Shown: positions 19,022-27,695 of the stretch, in pieces
How the letters are laid out: each line of letters opens with the position of its first letter
Numbering within the stretch: position 1 is the first letter of the stretch
Source: a virus
Lineage: Duplodnaviria; Caudoviricetes
Direction: 5' to 3' (one strand)
Length of the DNA stretch: 59,209 nucleotides
IMG/VR virus record: IMGVR_UViG_3300027763_000068
Coordinates: 1 to 59,209 of that record
Notes under the pieces: model-generated
The model's database searches: none
The model's input: the letters and a program-made list of their open reading frames with translations, nothing else
What the model was told of the DNA's origin: nothing
Translations under genes and position numbers: made by a program

Positions 19022-19049
19022 ATTATACACCAAAATTACGGAGTTTCAA
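19022..19049 (-). promoter_or_regulatory. sigma70-like early/middle promoter of uvsY
   Basis: minus strand TTGAAA-16 nt-TATAAT, 6 nt from the ATG. Confidence 0.6.
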
Positions 19050-19560
19050 GTCGTTCTATAGTATATCCTGTGTGTGCAAACTTAACTGTGGCAATTGCTT
19101 CGGTAGAAACTGGAGCGTTTACCACAAAATTAATTCCACTTACGTATTGTGGAAATACGTGTTTAAAGTGTACTTTAATTTTAGGTTGATACGAACTGTT
19201 TGTAATTAACAGAGTTGCGTCTGTTGTTTTGATCAATTGACCGGGTGTATCAGAATAATACGGCAAAGTATTAGAATCATCATAATAGTTACCAGCAGTA
19301 GCAATCCAATTTTGAAGTTCTATCCAATTGTTTAAATTTTCGTCTACACGAAAAGTTAATTCTAAATCCTCAAAACGAAAAGCTCCGGTTGGAACTTTAA
19401 CTGGATGGCCTAAAGTTGTTGGCTGATCCACAACACCAAATCCAATACCTGGTAGATTTGCACTTTGGCAAAAGTAAACCAAGTTGGGAACTCGATCCAT
19501 TACAAATTGAAAATAATTTATTAGTAATGGATTACTGGCGTCATTACATGCTGATGTCAT
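19036..19560 (-). CDS. gp3: tail tube terminator / tail completion protein (T4 gp3-like)
   Basis: 'YFCQSANLPGI', 'FEDLELTFRVDENLNNW', 'DATLLI', 'FP'; position after gp23. Confidence 0.85.
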   Translation of the reverse strand: MTSACNDASNPLLINYFQFVMDRVPNLVYFCQSANLPGIGFGVVDQPTTLGHPVKVPTGAFRFEDLELTFRVDENLNNWIELQNWIATAGNYYDDSNTLPYYSDTPGQLIKTTDATLLITNSSYQPKIKVHFKHVFPQYVSGINFVVNAPVSTEAIATVKFAHTGYTIERLETP

Positions 19561-19564
19561 ATTA

Positions 19565-19572
19565 ATATTTAT
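19565..19572 (-). promoter_or_regulatory. T4-type late promoter (CATAAATA) before gp3
   Basis: NATAAATA immediately upstream of the ATG. Confidence 0.6.
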
Positions 19573-19574
19573 GT

Positions 19575-19609
19575 AAACGAAAAGGGCTCCCTTTTTAGGG
19601 GGAGCCCTT
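19575..19609 (-). terminator. rho-independent terminator after major capsid gene
   Basis: 10-bp stem AAGGGCTCCC/GGGAGCCCTT followed by TTCGTTT on the minus strand. Confidence 0.85.
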
Positions 19610-19635
19610 AGCGTTAGTTTTAGTTAAGGTTTAGA

Positions 19636-21072
19636 TCAGAGACCGAAACCAGTGTTACCGTGGAGATTGCTTACCTTGAAGATACGGTAGTATTGGTTAC
19701 CAATTGTTGCGTTGCCGAGAGTATTAATGTCGGTAACGTCAGCGAATGGGTTAGCAACCATGCCGTAACGAGTCTTGAAGCCAATCTTGGGTTGGAAAGT
19801 AGCGGTATCAACAGCTCTTACCATTTGTAGCGGAACGTATGGGCAGTAGAATACGCCAGCGTCGTATGGGCTTGCGCCACGATAGCCTACTAGAGCGAAG
19901 TCTGAGCCTAATTGAGCGTATGGATCAATATAGACCTTGAACTTGCCGTTTAGGACACCAGCAAAGGTGTTGCCGGTGTCGTCAACTTCTAGTTGGGTTT
20001 GTAGAGCTGGGGTGAGGTTTAGGAAGCCACCCATGGCGAGAGCCGAAGCTACGTCGCTTGAGCAAACTACGAAGTTACCCTTGCCACGGCGAGTTTCCTT
20101 GGCGATGGTGTTGGCTTCGCGCTCGATTTGGAACATGAGACCACGGAAGCGTTCTGCACTCCAACGACCGTCAGAGTCGGTGTTCAGATCGTAGGTACCA
20201 GCAGTGGTGATGTCCTTTTGGGTAGCACCAGTCTTGGCAGTACGGTATAGAGTGTAGATTAGCTCGCGGTTGATTTCGTTGAGAATTTCGGTGCTAAGAA
20301 TGTTAGCAAGTTCGCTCTCAGCGTCAAGACCGTGAACAGCCTTGAGATCTTGTGCTAGCTCAGTGGTGTACTCAGCCTTTAGAGCACGAGTCTTGGCTTC
20401 TACAGCTAGACGTTCAATGGTGAATGCCATTTCATTGAAAGTCTTAGCAGTTCCGCCTTCGCCTAAAGCTTCACTTGATGAAGTTAGTAGACCACGGAAA
20501 GCGTTCATGTCGAAGGTTGTGCCGCGAATTGATCTGGCATCACCACCGGTTGTGCCGACTGGATCAATACCGCCTGCAGCAGCAGTTGAAGCACCAGCAG
20601 AGGTGTTACCTGAACCACCGAATTGAGCCCAAGCTTCTTGGAAGAGAGCTTCAGCACCTACGCCGTTAGCACCACCACCTGGGGTACCTAGAGGACCTTG
20701 CTTGGTGTAGCGTGAACGCATGGCGAAGATTAGGCCGGTTGGTGCACTCATTGGTTGAACGCCAGCTAGATCGTAAGCCATGAGGTTTGGCATGCTACGA
20801 CGAACTAGGCTGATTAGAATTGGGTCGTAACCTGCGATACCGCCTGAAGCGACGCCTACTTGACCGGTAGCTGGGTTACCGTTCATAAAGTTGACAGGAG
20901 CTTCGGTGAGGTATTGTTCACGAAGAGCCTTCTCTTGGTTTTCTAGTAGTTGGGCAGTGACCTTCTTCTTGTACGAATCTTGAATCTCTGGAATAGCCTC
21001 GTGATTTAGTAGAGGGTTCCATTTTTCTACGAGTGTATCGTAGGGGGTTGTGTTGTTAAAGTCCATTGACAT
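19636..21072 (-). CDS. gp23: major capsid protein (T4 gp23)
   Basis: 'LLENQE', 'YDPILISLVRR', 'GVQPMSAPTGLIFAMR', 'LKAEYTTELAQDLKAVHGLDAE', 'FYCPYVPL', 'FQPKIGFKTRYG'. Confidence 0.99.
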   Translation of the reverse strand: MSMDFNNTTPYDTLVEKWNPLLNHEAIPEIQDSYKKKVTAQLLENQEKALREQYLTEAPVNFMNGNPATGQVGVASGGIAGYDPILISLVRRSMPNLMAYDLAGVQPMSAPTGLIFAMRSRYTKQGPLGTPGGGANGVGAEALFQEAWAQFGGSGNTSAGASTAAAGGIDPVGTTGGDARSIRGTTFDMNAFRGLLTSSSEALGEGGTAKTFNEMAFTIERLAVEAKTRALKAEYTTELAQDLKAVHGLDAESELANILSTEILNEINRELIYTLYRTAKTGATQKDITTAGTYDLNTDSDGRWSAERFRGLMFQIEREANTIAKETRRGKGNFVVCSSDVASALAMGGFLNLTPALQTQLEVDDTGNTFAGVLNGKFKVYIDPYAQLGSDFALVGYRGASPYDAGVFYCPYVPLQMVRAVDTATFQPKIGFKTRYGMVANPFADVTDINTLGNATIGNQYYRIFKVSNLHGNTGFGL

Positions 21073-21097
21073 TTTAAGTTTCTCCTTGATTTAAAGT

Positions 21098-21105
21098 TAT
21101 TTATA
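21098..21105 (-). promoter_or_regulatory. T4-type late promoter TATAAATA before gp23
   Basis: exact TATAAATA on the minus strand, followed by AAGGAG RBS. Confidence 0.85.
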
Positions 21106-21107
21106 TT

Positions 21108-22109
21108 TTAGTAAGTTTTGGCTTGACGTGACAGTGCATTCACATATACAGACATTGGGCCTTCAGATGCTACTGCAACGTTGCTTTGTTCTGTAAGTGT
21201 TTCCATTTCTTGGGCAGCTACGGGTGCGGCCTTAAGATAATTTTCCTTGAGAATAGTGAGCTTGTTTTGGAAATCTTCTGGGCTGTTGAATTCTACGCTT
21301 TCAGCTAGAGAAGCAAGTCTCTCAGCGTCTACTTGAGATAGATCAGCAACAGTTTCTAGGAAGATGGCGCGAGCACGACCAGCAGCAATCTCTTTGTTGA
21401 GATCTACATTAGCCTTGATTTGCTCGTTTAGTGCGTCTTCTAGTTGGCTGTTTTCGTTGAACAGATCTTCTAGAATGTCATGCTTCTTTTCTGGAACTTC
21501 GATGTAGTGGGTTTCAAACAGACTCTTTAGGCCACCGATAAAGCTTTCAGCGATCTCGGTACGAATACCGGACTCTACAGCAAGCTTGTTCTCCTTGACC
21601 CATTCTTCCACCACGTAGCTTAGGTACTCGTCTAGACGGGTAGCTAGTTCGTTTACAGTCTTGCTGACTTCTTCTTCAATGATAGCAGCACTCTCACGAA
21701 GAACTTGCTCGCGGATAGCGGTTGTTCTCTCGTTGATGACGGCTTCAAATACTACGGTTGCCTTGTTCATGAACTCTTCGGATAGATTCTCTCCACCGAA
21801 TAGAGCGTTTAGATGCTCTTGAACATTATCTGGAATAATATCTTGACCAGCATGTTCAGTGTCTGGTACGTCTACACCAGAAGTGGTGGCCTGGGCGTTA
21901 GCCTTGTCTTTCGTTTCATGCTTTAGTTTGCTGGCATCACCTGCAAATTGTGAACCACCTGGACGAAGGCTCATTTGATTACGTTGAGCGAGTCCTTCCA
22001 TAGAACTGGTGTCTAGTGTACCAAGGAAAGCACCCTTTCCAGTGGTGTCAAAAGTGCCTTTACCGGTTGTGTCGTGAACTACAGGTCGTTGTTGTTGTGT
22101 CTTTTTCAT
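21108..22109 (-). CDS. gp22: prohead core scaffold (T4 gp22)
   Basis: 'LSEEFMNKATVVFEA', 'YLSYVVEEWVKENKLAVESGIRTEIAESF', 'LKENY', 'MSVYV'. Confidence 0.95.
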   Translation of the reverse strand: MKKTQQQRPVVHDTTGKGTFDTTGKGAFLGTLDTSSMEGLAQRNQMSLRPGGSQFAGDASKLKHETKDKANAQATTSGVDVPDTEHAGQDIIPDNVQEHLNALFGGENLSEEFMNKATVVFEAVINERTTAIREQVLRESAAIIEEEVSKTVNELATRLDEYLSYVVEEWVKENKLAVESGIRTEIAESFIGGLKSLFETHYIEVPEKKHDILEDLFNENSQLEDALNEQIKANVDLNKEIAAGRARAIFLETVADLSQVDAERLASLAESVEFNSPEDFQNKLTILKENYLKAAPVAAQEMETLTEQSNVAVASEGPMSVYVNALSRQAKTY

Positions 22110-22132
22110 TTTATTTTTTCCTAATACTTGTT

Positions 22133-22140
22133 TATTTATA
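22133..22140 (-). promoter_or_regulatory. T4-type late promoter TATAAATA before gp22
   Basis: exact TATAAATA on the minus strand in the intergenic gap. Confidence 0.8.
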
Positions 22141-22161
22141 ATTTACTAAGTTTTAACGTTT

Positions 22162-22722
22162 TTATTTCATTCTTCCCAATGAACGAGGATCATACAAAGC
22201 AGCAGTCATTAGTTTAGCTGGTTCTTCTGTGGTTGCATTGGCCCACTGTTGGGCTAAATTAGCACCTGCAACAAAAGGTTGAGCTAATACCGAACCACCT
22301 GGTAAGTTTCCAATAGTTCCAGCAAGCATGCCTGCTGCATTAGCTGCGGTTTGTAGTGGATTTATTCCACCAATAGCAGCTTTATAGTATTTCATACGAT
22401 CTTCAATACCTTGGTTAGAAAATCCTAGACCACCTAATCTACCTGTTGTTGCTGCTGTTACTTCTTTTGGAGGAGTGCCCATTAAAGCAGATGCAGTTGC
22501 CGCTTTACTAACATATCCAAGTTGTCCAGCTACATTTTTAACTTTATCCCATGCGGTATTGCCAAGGGGATCTGGAAGAGTGATACCACCAGTATGTGTT
22601 TGATTGATTCCACCACCGGCTCCCATGCCACCGCCACTACCGGCACCACCACCGGCTCCGCTGGCTTGTTCTAATAAACTCTTAAGAGTTCCTGGTTTAA
22701 ATTTTAAATTATACTGATTCAT
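22162..22722 (-). CDS. Gly/Ala-rich hypothetical protein, possible internal head protein
   Basis: inserted between gp21 and gp22; N-terminal 'KSLLEQA' resembles a gp21 cleavage site. Confidence 0.55.
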   Translation of the reverse strand: MNQYNLKFKPGTLKSLLEQASGAGGGAGSGGGMGAGGGINQTHTGGITLPDPLGNTAWDKVKNVAGQLGYVSKAATASALMGTPPKEVTAATTGRLGGLGFSNQGIEDRMKYYKAAIGGINPLQTAANAAGMLAGTIGNLPGGSVLAQPFVAGANLAQQWANATTEEPAKLMTAALYDPRSLGRMK

Positions 22723-22727
22723 TTTGG

Positions 22728-23375
22728 TTATTTTAATTTGTTTAGGAAGTCTTCAAACAATCTGATACCTTTAGACTCTAGTTGTCTAGCAGACGCTCTG
22801 GAAAGTTCTCGGTGGTATTCTTTAATTTGACGTTCAACTAACATGCCGTTATCCCAGATCCATTCTTTGCCTTCCATGATGCCGTTTACAAACGCATTAG
22901 GAGCTGAAGGATCTGCAACAATGTCTACAGCGGAAAGCATGAAGTCAGGTTGAACTTCGTTGTATCCGTTTTTGGCTTTTAATGAACCCATACCACGAGT
23001 TGAAACTCCAAGACGAGCACCTTCATTGATAAGATTTTTAACAATCTCACCCATGGGAGTACTCATTACTTTAGCTTTACCGTAAACGTCTGAACCATCA
23101 CATTTAAACTCTTTAATAATGATAGCAACTCGATCCAGATTTACTGTAGGGCCTGCTGGATGGTTTAATTCACCAAAAGCACGGCTATTATTTACAAACT
23201 CTTTGGTGTAACGATTAACTTCATTTAACAGAATGTGCTTTGGGTACATTCTTTTGTTTCGATTGAGGGTATCAGCTTGCATGAAAGTACCTTCAATGAA
23301 ATAATTTTTGCCACCGTCAGCAGCTGCTTCGGTTAAAAACTCTACTTGTTCAACTGTCTCGGTTATTAGTTTCAT
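22728..23375 (-). CDS. gp21: prohead protease (T4 gp21)
   Basis: 'MKLITE', 'NRNKRMYP', 'GELNHP', 'GVSTRGMGSL', 'DIVADPSAPNAFV'. Confidence 0.97.
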   Translation of the reverse strand: MKLITETVEQVEFLTEAAADGGKNYFIEGTFMQADTLNRNKRMYPKHILLNEVNRYTKEFVNNSRAFGELNHPAGPTVNLDRVAIIIKEFKCDGSDVYGKAKVMSTPMGEIVKNLINEGARLGVSTRGMGSLKAKNGYNEVQPDFMLSAVDIVADPSAPNAFVNGIMEGKEWIWDNGMLVERQIKEYHRELSRASARQLESKGIRLFEDFLNKLK

Positions 23376-23380
23376 TGATT

Positions 23381-23782
23381 TCAGTCTTTCTTTTCTTCTG
23401 AATCTTCGTCAACTTCTTCTGAGTCCTGATCTGCTTCCTCGTCTTCTTCTTTTTCGGACCCACCTTCTTCTTCTTCCTCAGATTGCTCCTCGTCCTCGGC
23501 TTCATCATCGTCTTCTCCTTCAATAGCCTTACCGATAGCGTCACGACGGTTCTTTAGGTACTTGTCAGTGCTGTCAACTTTGCCGTCGTTGTTAACGTCT
23601 TCGTCTTCTTTGCCGACAGGATCTAATGCTTCAAAAATGCTGGGAGCAAATTCTTCAAACTTTCTTTCTAAAGCATCAGCGAGTTTTTGATTTAATTGGT
23701 TATTGAGAACTTCTTTGGCTTGTGCCAGATTCTCATTAACAACTAAATTTATGAATGATTGTAGGTTTTGACTGTTTTCCAT
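23381..23782 (-). CDS. acidic prohead core protein (gp67-like)
   Basis: helical N-terminus, '[24 protein letters not shown]' motif, Glu/Asp-rich tail; between gp20 and gp21. Confidence 0.65.
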   Translation of the reverse strand: MENSQNLQSFINLVVNENLAQAKEVLNNQLNQKLADALERKFEEFAPSIFEALDPVGKEDEDVNNDGKVDSTDKYLKNRRDAIGKAIEGEDDDEAEDEEQSEEEEEGGSEKEEDEEADQDSEEVDEDSEEKKD

Positions 23783-23790
23783 AATTTTCC

Positions 23791-24195
23791 TTACTTTTTA
23801 TTTTGAGCTTTTGCTAATTTCAAGATTCTGTTGAAGGATTCTTGAGATTCTGAGAGTAATTTTACCATTCGTTCTTTGTTATCATTATTTAGACTTTCGT
23901 GTAGTTTACCTACCATTTCTCGTTCCACTGGGCTTAGAATACCAATATTTCCGTCTCTTAGTTTATAAGCACTTTCTGGTAAGAATTTTACAAAAACTGG
24001 AGTTGGTTTTAGTGTGGAAACGACAGCTGGTGGTGCTACCTGTTCCGCACTCTCTAATAATTTACCGGTTTCAATACGATAAATTTCTTCCATGATAACA
24101 GAAGCTCGATGTTGTAATTCTTCTTGCAGAATTGCTTTAAATTTGTCTGCATGGCCTCTAAGAATCATGGTTACCAACTTTTCTGGGATGCTCAT
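23791..24195 (-). CDS. prohead core protein (gp67/gp68-like)
   Basis: position downstream of portal; '[13 protein letters not shown]...FNRIL'. Confidence 0.55.
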   Translation of the reverse strand: MSIPEKLVTMILRGHADKFKAILQEELQHRASVIMEEIYRIETGKLLESAEQVAPPAVVSTLKPTPVFVKFLPESAYKLRDGNIGILSPVEREMVGKLHESLNNDNKERMVKLLSESQESFNRILKLAKAQNKK

Positions 24196-25766
24196 TGTGG
24201 TGCTTCCTCTTCTGGAGCTTGTTCTTCTTCTGGCGATTCACCAGACATCATTTGTTGATACGCCTGCATCTCTTGGGCTTCTAATTGTTTTTGCATTTCT
24301 CTGTTTATTTGAGCATCAATTTCTAAAATTTCTTCTTCAGACTGCTTTAAGAAATTCTTTCTGATGTATTCACCAGAGAAGAATCTACCAATGTAAGGAG
24401 TTACTGCAGCAATAATGTCTAATCGTTCTCTCAAGATATCATTATTTTTTAATTCAGTAAAGTAAGAATCGTTATTGAATTTGAAAGTAATGTCTTGATT
24501 GATTCTGTTCCAGTCTTCCTCACTCATAATTCCCTTAAGGATCACTTGAGTTTTTAGAATGTCTAAGAATATGGTGCAGAAACGGTGGCGTAGACGATCA
24601 ATAAATTTATTAAATCTGACTTCATCTCGGGTGATTTCAGCAGATCGACCCATGTTGAAACCACTTTCGCCCATCATTCTGGAAAGTGGAACGCCTAATG
24701 CTCTGAACAGTTTTTGTTGCAGGTACAGAACGTCTTCCATCTGACCAAGGTTTTGGCCACCGTCTAGAGTGCTGATTTCTGTGCCACGCCCACCTTCACG
24801 GCGAGGCATCCAAAAATCTTCAAGCATGCTCATATGGTTACGCTCATCACGAATTTGACCGGTAGCAGGATCGTATTGAATCTTGTTACGGTATCGATTC
24901 ATCAATTCACGTAGATACTGTTCAGCTTTTTGCTTTGGTAGATTACCAACGTCCACATAGAAAATACGACGTTCTGGTGCACGAGAAATTCGGTAGATGG
25001 CAACAGCGTCTTCAATTTGTCTTAGCAGATTTAAAGGACGAACAGCTTTTTGTAGGTAACCAACAACGCGCTTGGTTGCTGAATCAATAATACCAGAGTG
25101 AGCGTAAGCAACCGTATCTGGTGCTATCTTCCAACCAGTACCTGATGTTGGAAATGCTGCATCTTTATCTGTGTCGGTGTAAACGTAATACTCTTGAATA
25201 CTCTTGACTGGAGAAAATGGCCCAATTCCTCCGTAATATCCTTTATCCTTTTCAATCTTTCTGATCTTTTTAATCTTTACTGGATCAATAGGAATCAGTT
25301 CAAGAATACCTTTTCGTAGATCGTTTTTATCTACTTTCTTATAATAAAAAATCTTGGAGTCAATATACCACCGACGAAAAATGTCGCCAGCTCGATTTGA
25401 AAAGTCTAATAGTTTTAGTATATGATTAAACTCAGAGTACATCTTTGTTTTGATGGTGTCTGATAGATTTACGTGATCTAAATTTAATTTTACTGGTTTT
25501 CTGTCTTGATCTAAAACTACAGCTTCGTTCACAATATCTTCAATAGCAGCATCCACTTCTGGATAAAGAGCCATTGAACGATAGTGTTGAACCATCTGAT
25601 TTTCATCACGAATTGCACCAGAGAAATCAACGTATGTACCAAAAACACCACCGGTTTCTAGCACATAAGAACCATCATAAGAATCGGGAGTGATTACATC
25701 ACGATTCTCGACAGTTTCTTGTTGTTTCTTTTTGCCTATACTAAAACCAAATAGTTCTAATTCCAT
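24192..25766 (-). CDS. gp20: portal protein (T4 gp20)
   Basis: 'YPEVDAAIEDIVNEA', 'IYRISRAPERRIFYVDVGNLPK', 'MLEDFWMPRREGGRGTEISTL'. Confidence 0.99.
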   Translation of the reverse strand: MELELFGFSIGKKKQQETVENRDVITPDSYDGSYVLETGGVFGTYVDFSGAIRDENQMVQHYRSMALYPEVDAAIEDIVNEAVVLDQDRKPVKLNLDHVNLSDTIKTKMYSEFNHILKLLDFSNRAGDIFRRWYIDSKIFYYKKVDKNDLRKGILELIPIDPVKIKKIRKIEKDKGYYGGIGPFSPVKSIQEYYVYTDTDKDAAFPTSGTGWKIAPDTVAYAHSGIIDSATKRVVGYLQKAVRPLNLLRQIEDAVAIYRISRAPERRIFYVDVGNLPKQKAEQYLRELMNRYRNKIQYDPATGQIRDERNHMSMLEDFWMPRREGGRGTEISTLDGGQNLGQMEDVLYLQQKLFRALGVPLSRMMGESGFNMGRSAEITRDEVRFNKFIDRLRHRFCTIFLDILKTQVILKGIMSEEDWNRINQDITFKFNNDSYFTELKNNDILRERLDIIAAVTPYIGRFFSGEYIRKNFLKQSEEEILEIDAQINREMQKQLEAQEMQAYQQMMSGESPEEEQAPEEEAPQ

Positions 25767-25779
25767 ATAAATTCACCTA

Positions 25780-26442
25780 TTAAATAAATGTCGTACTTCT
25801 AGTAGTAAAATCAAATTTTAAGTGGCTGAACACCATAGTTACAGCAAATGTTGATAACACATTATCTTGACTCATATCCAACTCAACAGGACCAACAGCA
25901 ACCGGCCAACAATTCCACAATTCAAACTTTCTTATTGTGTTGGCTCCATTAGTATCTAGTTGCTCTATAGTCCACGCTGGAGTTGTTTTTCCTAATACAT
26001 TTGATCCACCAGCAAAATGTTGGCTTGGATCTGTATTATTAGCAGCTTCATATGTTGAAATGTTGTTTGCGTGGCTGTTTATTCTTTCGTGCCATTCATG
26101 AAATGCTCGATATAATGATATTTTATCTTTTGATTTATCTGATATTTTATTGTCATCAATTATCACTATATTCCAAGGTTGATATATTCTATCTCCTGGA
26201 TAATTTACGGTTCTTCCTCTAAAATTTATAGGAATAACACCTAATTGTGATGTCGGTAGAGAAGCAGCTCTAACATGAAAATCAGTAATATCAGTGTTTA
26301 AAGAAGGCGAATTAAAAGTAGTGCTTCCAACACGCAGCCCATCACCATTAATAGTTGGAATACTGCCTGTTACTTTAAATCTATTAATTCGGTGTCCACC
26401 ACCAAACCCGTTGATAAAATCTGTTATTGAATGGCTAGGCAT
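25780..26442 (-). CDS. gp19: tail tube protein (T4 gp19)
   Basis: 'GGGHRINRF', 'AASLP', 'FRGRTVNYPGDR', 'W..RIN', 'QLD', 'WPVAVG'. Confidence 0.92.
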   Translation of the reverse strand: MPSHSITDFINGFGGGHRINRFKVTGSIPTINGDGLRVGSTTFNSPSLNTDITDFHVRAASLPTSQLGVIPINFRGRTVNYPGDRIYQPWNIVIIDDNKISDKSKDKISLYRAFHEWHERINSHANNISTYEAANNTDPSQHFAGGSNVLGKTTPAWTIEQLDTNGANTIRKFELWNCWPVAVGPVELDMSQDNVLSTFAVTMVFSHLKFDFTTRSTTFI

Positions 26443-26452
26443 TTATTTTTCC

Positions 26453-27643
26453 TTAACCTGTGAATGCTTCAGAGGTATTTGTGTTGATAATTGTAATGAC
26501 TAATGTTTCTGCTGTGTTGTACGGATTAATATAAACATCAATTACTAATTTATTATCTGCAATAGTAGCAGCAGTATTGTTTGTTTCATCACAAACTATT
26601 CGGTAATCAGAAATTCCATTTCCTGTTTTTACTCCTTCTAAAACAGGACTTAAAGCGGCCACAACTCGTTGTCTGGTTCTTGTATCATTGATTTCAAATA
26701 AGAATGTTTGTGCAACCGATGTTAGTTGCTTTCTTAAATATGCAACCAATAAAATGCCATTTATCTTGGTCAAATAACCAGAACCTGTAAATGAAGTATT
26801 ATTGCCCATCAAGAAAGTGCCTTCTCCTGGGAACACTGTTACGGGATTTACGTCTCCCGCATTCAGATAAGACACATCAGTTTCACTGAAGTTTTGTTGC
26901 ATTGCAACAACGCCTAAAATACGGCCTCTAGTTTTTCCTGCTGGAGAAGTCCAAATATTTACGTCTCTGGCACATCTTGCCACACAACCAGCAACATCTG
27001 GGCTTAAATCTGCTTCTAAAATATTAACTGTTGTGCCAACACCTGCAGTAAATTTCTTTCTACCAGCAACATACACAACATTTTCGCTGGTAAAAGTAAC
27101 ACCAAAGTCTGCTTGTTGATTTGCGTATGTTGTGGTTAATGGAATGCCTGTAATTCTTTTGTAGTTACCAACAATGGCTACACAATCTTTTCTAGTCATT
27201 GCGGCATTCACGGCAGCACCAGCAGAGAAAGTATTTCCAGCTTCAAAAACAACATCAATTCTAGCAAGAGATTTATTGTGTATTGGGGTGTTTGTAATAC
27301 CTAAAACGCCGGTTGCGTTGTAATAATCACCGGTAGAACCAGTTGCTCCTATGAAACAAATACCACCGTATTGTAAATAATTGTGTACCGACCACCACTC
27401 GCCAGCCCAAGAACCGGTAGGACCAGACAAACCTACATTTCTAGAGTAAAGACGGCTAAACCATTCATTAACACTAGATACACCCATTAAACCAATTTCT
27501 GTTTCGGAAGTTCCATTAGTTCCGGTTGTGCCGAATAAATTGACTAAACCATTGAAAGAAACAACGCCTGCAACTAAAGGAGAAGGTCCTTCACCGGTAA
27601 TAGTAGAAGTAAAATTGTTGGTTTGTGTGGTAAATACTGACAT
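26453..27643 (-). CDS. gp18: tail sheath protein (T4 gp18), short form
   Basis: 'NYLQYGG', 'RKDCVA', 'WTSPAG..RG', 'NPVTVFPGEG', 'FEINDTRTR', 'VCDETNNT'. Confidence 0.9.
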   Translation of the reverse strand: MSVFTTQTNNFTSTITGEGPSPLVAGVVSFNGLVNLFGTTGTNGTSETEIGLMGVSSVNEWFSRLYSRNVGLSGPTGSWAGEWWSVHNYLQYGGICFIGATGSTGDYYNATGVLGITNTPIHNKSLARIDVVFEAGNTFSAGAAVNAAMTRKDCVAIVGNYKRITGIPLTTTYANQQADFGVTFTSENVVYVAGRKKFTAGVGTTVNILEADLSPDVAGCVARCARDVNIWTSPAGKTRGRILGVVAMQQNFSETDVSYLNAGDVNPVTVFPGEGTFLMGNNTSFTGSGYLTKINGILLVAYLRKQLTSVAQTFLFEINDTRTRQRVVAALSPVLEGVKTGNGISDYRIVCDETNNTAATIADNKLVIDVYINPYNTAETLVITIINTNTSEAFTG

Positions 27644-27676
27644 TTTTTCTCCTAAAATATTTTTACTTTTCGTATT

Positions 27677-27684
27677 TATTTATA
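27677..27684 (-). promoter_or_regulatory. T4-type late promoter TATAAATA before gp18
   Basis: exact TATAAATA on the minus strand; AGGAG RBS downstream. Confidence 0.8.
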
Positions 27685-27695
27685 TTTTTGGAGAG

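Noticed and set aside
22031-22078. Short duplication in gp22 N-terminus (DTTGKG x2)
   Set aside because: Low-complexity scaffold leader; no evidence of separate function
23350-23544. Lys-rich alternative-frame ORF overlapping the gp67-like gene
   Set aside because: By-product of GAA-rich acidic codons read in a shifted frame
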